Part shown: piece after piece, positions 15,001 through 18,476 of the stretch | Layout: every line of letters begins with the position of its first letter | Numbering within the stretch: position 1 is the stretch's first letter | The notes under the pieces: model-generated | The model's database searches: none | What the model was told of the DNA's origin: nothing | The model's input: only the letters and a program-made list of their open reading frames with translations | Source: Macrostomum lignano | Taxonomy: Eukaryota | Reading direction: 5' to 3' | DNA length: 18,476 nt | Assembly (NCBI GenBank): GCA_002269645.1 | Contig: NIVC01005245.1 | Span: 1 to 18,476, forward strand | Made by a program: the position numbers and the translations under genes

Positions 15001-17956
15001 TGCGAGTGTCGAGTCGGATTATTGAGTGACAAGAGTTCGCTGAGGTTTTAATGTATTCAAAGTATATTTAATATTGCTGTTGTATTGTGTTTTGAAAAGT
15101 AATTTTATGTGACTCGGATGTGCTACATGTACAAACACCGGTTATTCATCTGTGCCACATGTAAAAACACCGGTTATTCATCTGTACAGTTCACACAGTT
15201 CACACATGTACAAACACGGTGATTCAGGTCTGCCACATGTACAAACCGGTGATTCAGGTCTGCCACATGTACAAACCGGTGATTCAGGTCTGCCACATGT
15301 ACAAACACGGTGATTCAGGTCTGCCACATGTACAAACACGGTGATTCAGGTCTGCCACATGTACAAACGGTGATTCAGGTCTGCCACATGTACAAACCGG
15401 TGATTCAGGTCTGCCACATGTACAAACACCGGTTATTTACCTGTGCCACATGTACAAACACCGGTGATTTAATCTGTGCCGCATGTACAAACACGGTTAT
15501 TCATCTGTGCCACATGTACAAACACCGGTTATTCATCTGTGCCACATGTACAAACACCGGTTATTCATCTGTGCTACATAAACAAACACCGGTGATTAGG
15601 GTCTGCCACATGTACAAACACCGGTGATTCGGGTCTGCCAAATGTACAAACACCGGTGATTCGGGTCTGCCAAATGTACAAACACCGGTGATTTACCTGT
15701 GCACTTGTACGAACACCGTTGATTCATCTGTGCCACATGTACAAACACCGGTTATTCATCTGTGCTGCATGTACAAACACCGGTGATTCAGGTCTGCCAG
15801 ATGTACAAACACCGGTTATTCATCTGTGCCACATGTACAAACACCGGTGATTTATCTGTGCCACATGTACAAACACCGTTGATTTATCTGTACAGTTCAC
15901 ACATGTACAAACACCGTTGATTATCTGTACAGTTCACACATGAAAACACCGTTGATTTATCTGTACAGTTCACACATGTACAAACACGGTGATTCAGGTC
16001 TGCCACATGTACAAACACCGGTTATTCATCTGTGCCGCATGTACAAACACCGGTGATTCAGGTCTGCCACATGTACAAACACCGGTTATTCATCTGTGCC
16101 GCATGTACAAACACCGGTGATTCAGTCTGCCACATGTACAAACACCGGTGATTTATCTGTGCCACATGTACAAACACCGGTGATTTATCTGTGCCTCGTG
16201 TACAAACACCGGTGATTCATTCAGTACGACGAGTTCAACTACACCCGGTACAAGGAGCTGTCCAAGTTTGTATTCGCCATGTTCATGATAATGGCCCGAT
16301 TATGCTGCTGAACATGCTCATAGCCATGATGGCAACACGTACAATCTGGTGAACTCGCGGTCACGAAAGGAATGGATAGCCATGTAAAGTTCGCTGTGAC
16401 ATAACAGTTGCACAGGTCTGCTTGACATTCACGTATAACTCAGCTGTCACGAAGGCTTTGTAGAGAATCTTCACATACAGTAGACTACATAGTTCACACA
16501 GACTACACCAACAGTTCACACAGACTCCCCTAACAGTTCATACAGACTCCACCCAGTTCACACAGACTACACCAACAGTTCACACAGACTCCCCTAACAG
16601 TTCACACAGACTACACCAACAGTTCACACAGACTCCACTAACAGTTCACACAGACTGCACCAACAGTTCACACAGACAGCAACAACAGTTCACACAGACA
16701 GCAACAACAGTTCACACAGACTGCAACAACAGTTCACACAGACAGCAACAACAGTTCACAGACAGCAACAACAGTTCACACAGACTGCAACAGTTCACAC
16801 AGACTGCAACAACAGTTCACACAGACAGCAACAATAGTTCACACAGACAGCAACAACAGTTCACACAGACTACACCAACAGTTCACACAGACAGCAACAA
16901 CAGTTCACACAGACAGCACAACAGTTCACACAGACTACCAACAGTTCACACAGACAGCAACAACAGTTCACACAGACAGCACAACAGTTCACACAGACAG
17001 CAACAACAGTTCACACAGACAGCAACAACAGTTCACACAGACAGCAACAACAGTTCACACAGACAGCAACAACAGTTCACACAGACAGCAACAACAGTTC
17101 ACACAGACTACAACAACAGTTCACACAGATACACCAACAGTTCACACAGACAGCACAACAGTTCACACAGACTACAACAACAGTTCACACAGACAGCACA
17201 ACAGTTCACACAGACAGCAACAACAGTTCACACAGACTGCACCAACAGTTCACACAGACAGCAACAACAGTTCACACAGACTACAACAACAGTTCACACA
17301 GACTGCACAACAGTTCACACAGACTACACCAACAGTTCACACAGACTGCACTAACAGTTCACACAGACTACACCAACAGTTCACACAGGCTACAACAACA
17401 GTTCACACAGACTGCACAACAGTTCACACATACTGCATTATCACCAGCCGCGCTCACACATTCCAGTGGGCAAAAATCGTGGTTATCCTGGAGCGCAGTT
17501 ACAGTCCGCATCAGTTGACGGAGTTTCAAAAGCGTTACTCCGTCAGGCTCAACGTCGGTGGTGGCGGCGTCGACCATGACGACGACGGCGACAGCGGGGC
17601 AGCATCGGCATCATGACCATCTACAGAACCAGCAAGACTCGAGCTATGCAGCGGCGGATGGCCGTCAGCAACTGGAAGGTGAGATAATAATCATATTGCT
17701 CGATTATTAATCAAGTGATCGCCTACTGATGAGTAGCACGGAGAGAATGTGAAACGAAAATCATCCGCTTGTTTTTCAGCGGGCCTTCCGGACGGTCCTC
17801 CAGCTTATCAGGGACCGCGGCAGCCTCGGCTTCGGGTCGAACTCTGTAGCAGCGACCGCTTTGACCAGCTATCAGCGACTGCAGCGCGTCCGGCCAACTT
17901 GTCCGAGAAAGTCGTCCGTCTGGGCCCATTTGCAGGACGCCTACGCTGGGAGCTGA
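8547..17956 (+). CDS. iav: TRPV cation channel, Inactive/OSM-9 clade (ankyrin repeats, S1-S2, pore, S6, TRP region); frameshifted and lacking S3-S5 in this assembly
   Basis: Family motifs in the correct order: [181 protein letters not shown] and AVSNWK match my recollection of Drosophila Iav better than Nanchung or vertebrate TRPV5/6. Confidence 0.92.
8893..9008. repeat. (GTCT)n microsatellite, about 29 units
   Basis: Direct inspection; lies in TRPV intron 1 and starts inside the donor site. Confidence 0.98.
9040..9351 (+). CDS. iav: TRPV exon 2 (Pro/Ser linker, first ankyrin repeat); frameshift near 9279
   Basis: CCAG acceptor, GTGAGG donor. 312 nt against 313 required. Restoring a G gives [26 protein letters not shown]. 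Confidence 0.85.
9540..9716 (+). CDS. iav: TRPV exon 3 ([12 protein letters not shown]...[13 protein letters not shown]...TNYS)
   Basis: GCAG acceptor, GT donor, 177 nt, phase 1-1, intact. Confidence 0.92.
9737..10290. repeat. 24-bp minisatellite, about 23 copies (ATGACTGAGATTATGACCTTATCT)
   Basis: Direct inspection; lies in TRPV intron 3 and has internal 12-bp sub-periodicity (ATGACT/ATGACC). Confidence 0.95.
10519..10672 (+). CDS. iav: TRPV exon 4 ([13 protein letters not shown]...[14 protein letters not shown]); frameshift near 10543
   Basis: GCAG acceptor, GTAAGC donor. 154 nt against 155 required (missing C in CCC CTA). Confidence 0.9.
10744..10810 (+). mobile_element. Degenerate tRNA-like segment (A-box, B-box, T-arm), candidate tRNA-derived SINE head
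   Basis: AGCTCAAAGG (A-box-like) at 10746, CTGCC anticodon-loop-like motif, and CCCGG-TTCGATT-CCGCG T-arm at 10787-10803. The anticodon and acceptor stems do not pair properly, so it is not a functional tRNA. Confidence 0.55.
10808..11286. repeat. G-rich 33-bp minisatellite, about 14 copies (GGAAGGGGTGGCGGGTGCAGCAGGCCATAGATC)
   Basis: Direct inspection; lies in TRPV intron 4. Confidence 0.97.
11459..11799 (+). CDS. iav: TRPV exon 5 ([14 protein letters not shown]...AEKWHKYAR); frameshift near 11647
   Basis: ACAG acceptor, GTAAGA donor. 341 nt against 342 required (missing G in CTG GAC). Confidence 0.92.
12115..12470. repeat. 98-bp tandem repeat, about 3.6 copies
   Basis: AAACAAACCTCC anchors at 12213, 12311 and 12409 (period 98), with diverged outer copies; lies in TRPV intron 5. 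Confidence 0.93.
12740..12909 (+). CDS. iav: TRPV exon 6 (S1: [25 protein letters not shown], then loop); frameshift near 12835-12841
   Basis: TTTCAG acceptor, GTGAGA donor. 170 nt against 171 required. Confidence 0.85.
13176..13301 (+). CDS. iav: TRPV exon 7 (S2: [42 protein letters not shown])
   Basis: Strong polypyrimidine tract plus CAG, GTATGT donor, 126 nt, phase 0-0. Confidence 0.88.
13347..13656. repeat. Second array of the same G-rich 33-bp minisatellite, about 9 copies, same orientation
   Basis: Same unit as 10808-11286; lies in TRPV intron 7. Confidence 0.95.
13793..14298. repeat. 23-bp minisatellite (CATGATTGTTGTCAGCTACAAGA), diverged 5' part and near-perfect 3' part
   Basis: Direct inspection; lies in TRPV intron 7. 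Confidence 0.9.
14421..14527 (+). CDS. iav: TRPV exon 8 (end of S5, pore helix and filter: [10 protein letters not shown]...[13 protein letters not shown])
   Basis: GCAG acceptor, GTAAAT donor, 107 nt, phase 1-0. The start phase does not match the end of exon 7. Confidence 0.9.
15118..16220. repeat. 32-bp minisatellite, about 34 copies, two main variants (CACATGTACAAACACCGGTGATTCAGGTCTGC / ...CCGGTTATTCATCTGTGC)
   Basis: Direct inspection; lies in TRPV intron 8 and abuts the exon 9 acceptor. Confidence 0.96.
16225..16383 (+). CDS. iav: TRPV exon 9 (S6 and TRP helix start: [52 protein letters not shown]); 3 frameshifts
   Basis: TCAG acceptor, GTAAAG donor. Three 1-bp deletions near 16295, 16331 and 16378 restore the family motifs and phase 0. 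Confidence 0.88.
16478..17432. repeat. 22-bp minisatellite, about 43 copies (ACAGTTCACACAGACAGCAACA)
   Basis: Direct inspection; lies in TRPV intron 9. Confidence 0.96.
17467..17678 (+). CDS. iav: TRPV exon 10 ([12 protein letters not shown]...[24 protein letters not shown]); frameshift near 17597
   Basis: TTCCAG acceptor, GTGAGA donor. 212 nt against 213 required. Confidence 0.9.
17780..17956 (+). CDS. iav: TRPV exon 11 ([14 protein letters not shown]...); stop at 17954-17956 as read, true end uncertain
   Basis: TTTTTCAG acceptor, phase 0, continues the NWK-R motif. Confidence 0.65.
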   Translation, partial: RAFRTVLQLIRDRGSLGFGSNSVAATALTSYQRLQRVRPTCPRKSSVWAHLQDAYAGS

Positions 17957-17989
17957 GACCATCGGAGCTGGCGAGCCGAGTCGGGGCAA

Positions 17990-18476
17990 AAACCGAAACC
18001 AGAACCGAAACGAAACCGGAACCGGAACCAGAGCTGCAACTGAAACCGGAACCAGAACCAGAACCAAAACCAGACCGCGAACCGCGAACGAAACCGGAAC
18101 CAGAGCTGCAACTGAAACCAGAACCAGAACCAGAACCGGAACCGAAACCGAAACCGGAACCAGAGCTGCAACTGAAACCAGAACCAGAACCGAAACCGGA
18201 AACTGAAACCGAACCAGAGCTGCAACTAACCAGAACCAGAACCGAAACCGGAACCGGAACCGAAACCGGAACCAGAGCTGCAACTGAAACCAGAACCAGA
18301 ACCAGAACGGAACCGAAACCGAAACCGGAACCAGAGCTGCAACTGAAACCAGAACCGGAACCGGAATCAGAACCGAGAAAAGAACGAAACCGAACCAAAA
18401 GGGAACCGAAACCGAAACGAGAGCTGGAACGAAACCAGAATCGAAAACCGAACCAGAACCGAACCGAAACCAGAAC
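17990..18476. repeat. Hexamer-based repeat (GAACCA/GAACCG/AAACCG) punctuated by GAGCTGCAACTG; runs off the window
   Basis: Direct inspection; may be coding (see findings). Confidence 0.93.

Noticed and set aside
14727-15032. ORFs 14727-15032 (-) and 14759-14965 (+) as the displaced S3-S5 exon or a nested gene
   Set aside because: No transmembrane pattern, TRPV motif or recognisable domain, and the order would be wrong for S3-S5.
15118-16220. CRISPR-like array (32-bp partly palindromic repeats; also the 98-bp repeat)
   Set aside because: Units are directly tandem with no unique spacers, there are no cas genes, and the context is a eukaryotic intron.
9279-17600. Insertional RNA editing or programmed frameshifting repairing the TRPV mRNA
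   Set aside because: No slippery-site or pseudoknot pattern, and no precedent for dense G/C insertion editing in animal nuclear mRNA. Sequencing error is far simpler.

Overview
Eukaryotic (metazoan) genomic DNA holding two intron-rich genes arranged head-to-head across a 2.3 kb AT-rich spacer. (1) Minus strand, 6263 to <1: at least 9 exons with GT-AG boundaries and consistent phases, giving a >700 aa protein of unknown family. It begins MARTKQTARK, an exact copy of histone H3 residues 1-9, then has a Q-rich and acidic tract, two LRR-like units and a beta-rich region; it has no histone fold. (2) Plus strand, 8547 to about 17956 or beyond: an 11-exon TRPV channel gene of the Inactive/OSM-9 clade with ankyrin repeats, S1-S2, pore, S6 and TRP region. 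It carries 8 clear single-base deletions, and the exon(s) for S3-S5 are absent. 13 of the 18 introns contain a tandem-repeat array, nearly all with a different unit (3 to 98 bp), and these arrays explain most ORFs in the supplied track. One G-rich 33-bp minisatellite occurs in two introns, once directly behind a degenerate tRNA-like (SINE-like) head. The texture (GC-rich exons, minisatellite-filled introns, 1-bp deletions) suggests an unpolished long-read assembly of a repeat-rich invertebrate such as the flatworm Macrostomum; the taxon is my inference only. Gene models were built by hand and family comparisons were made from memory, with no database search.
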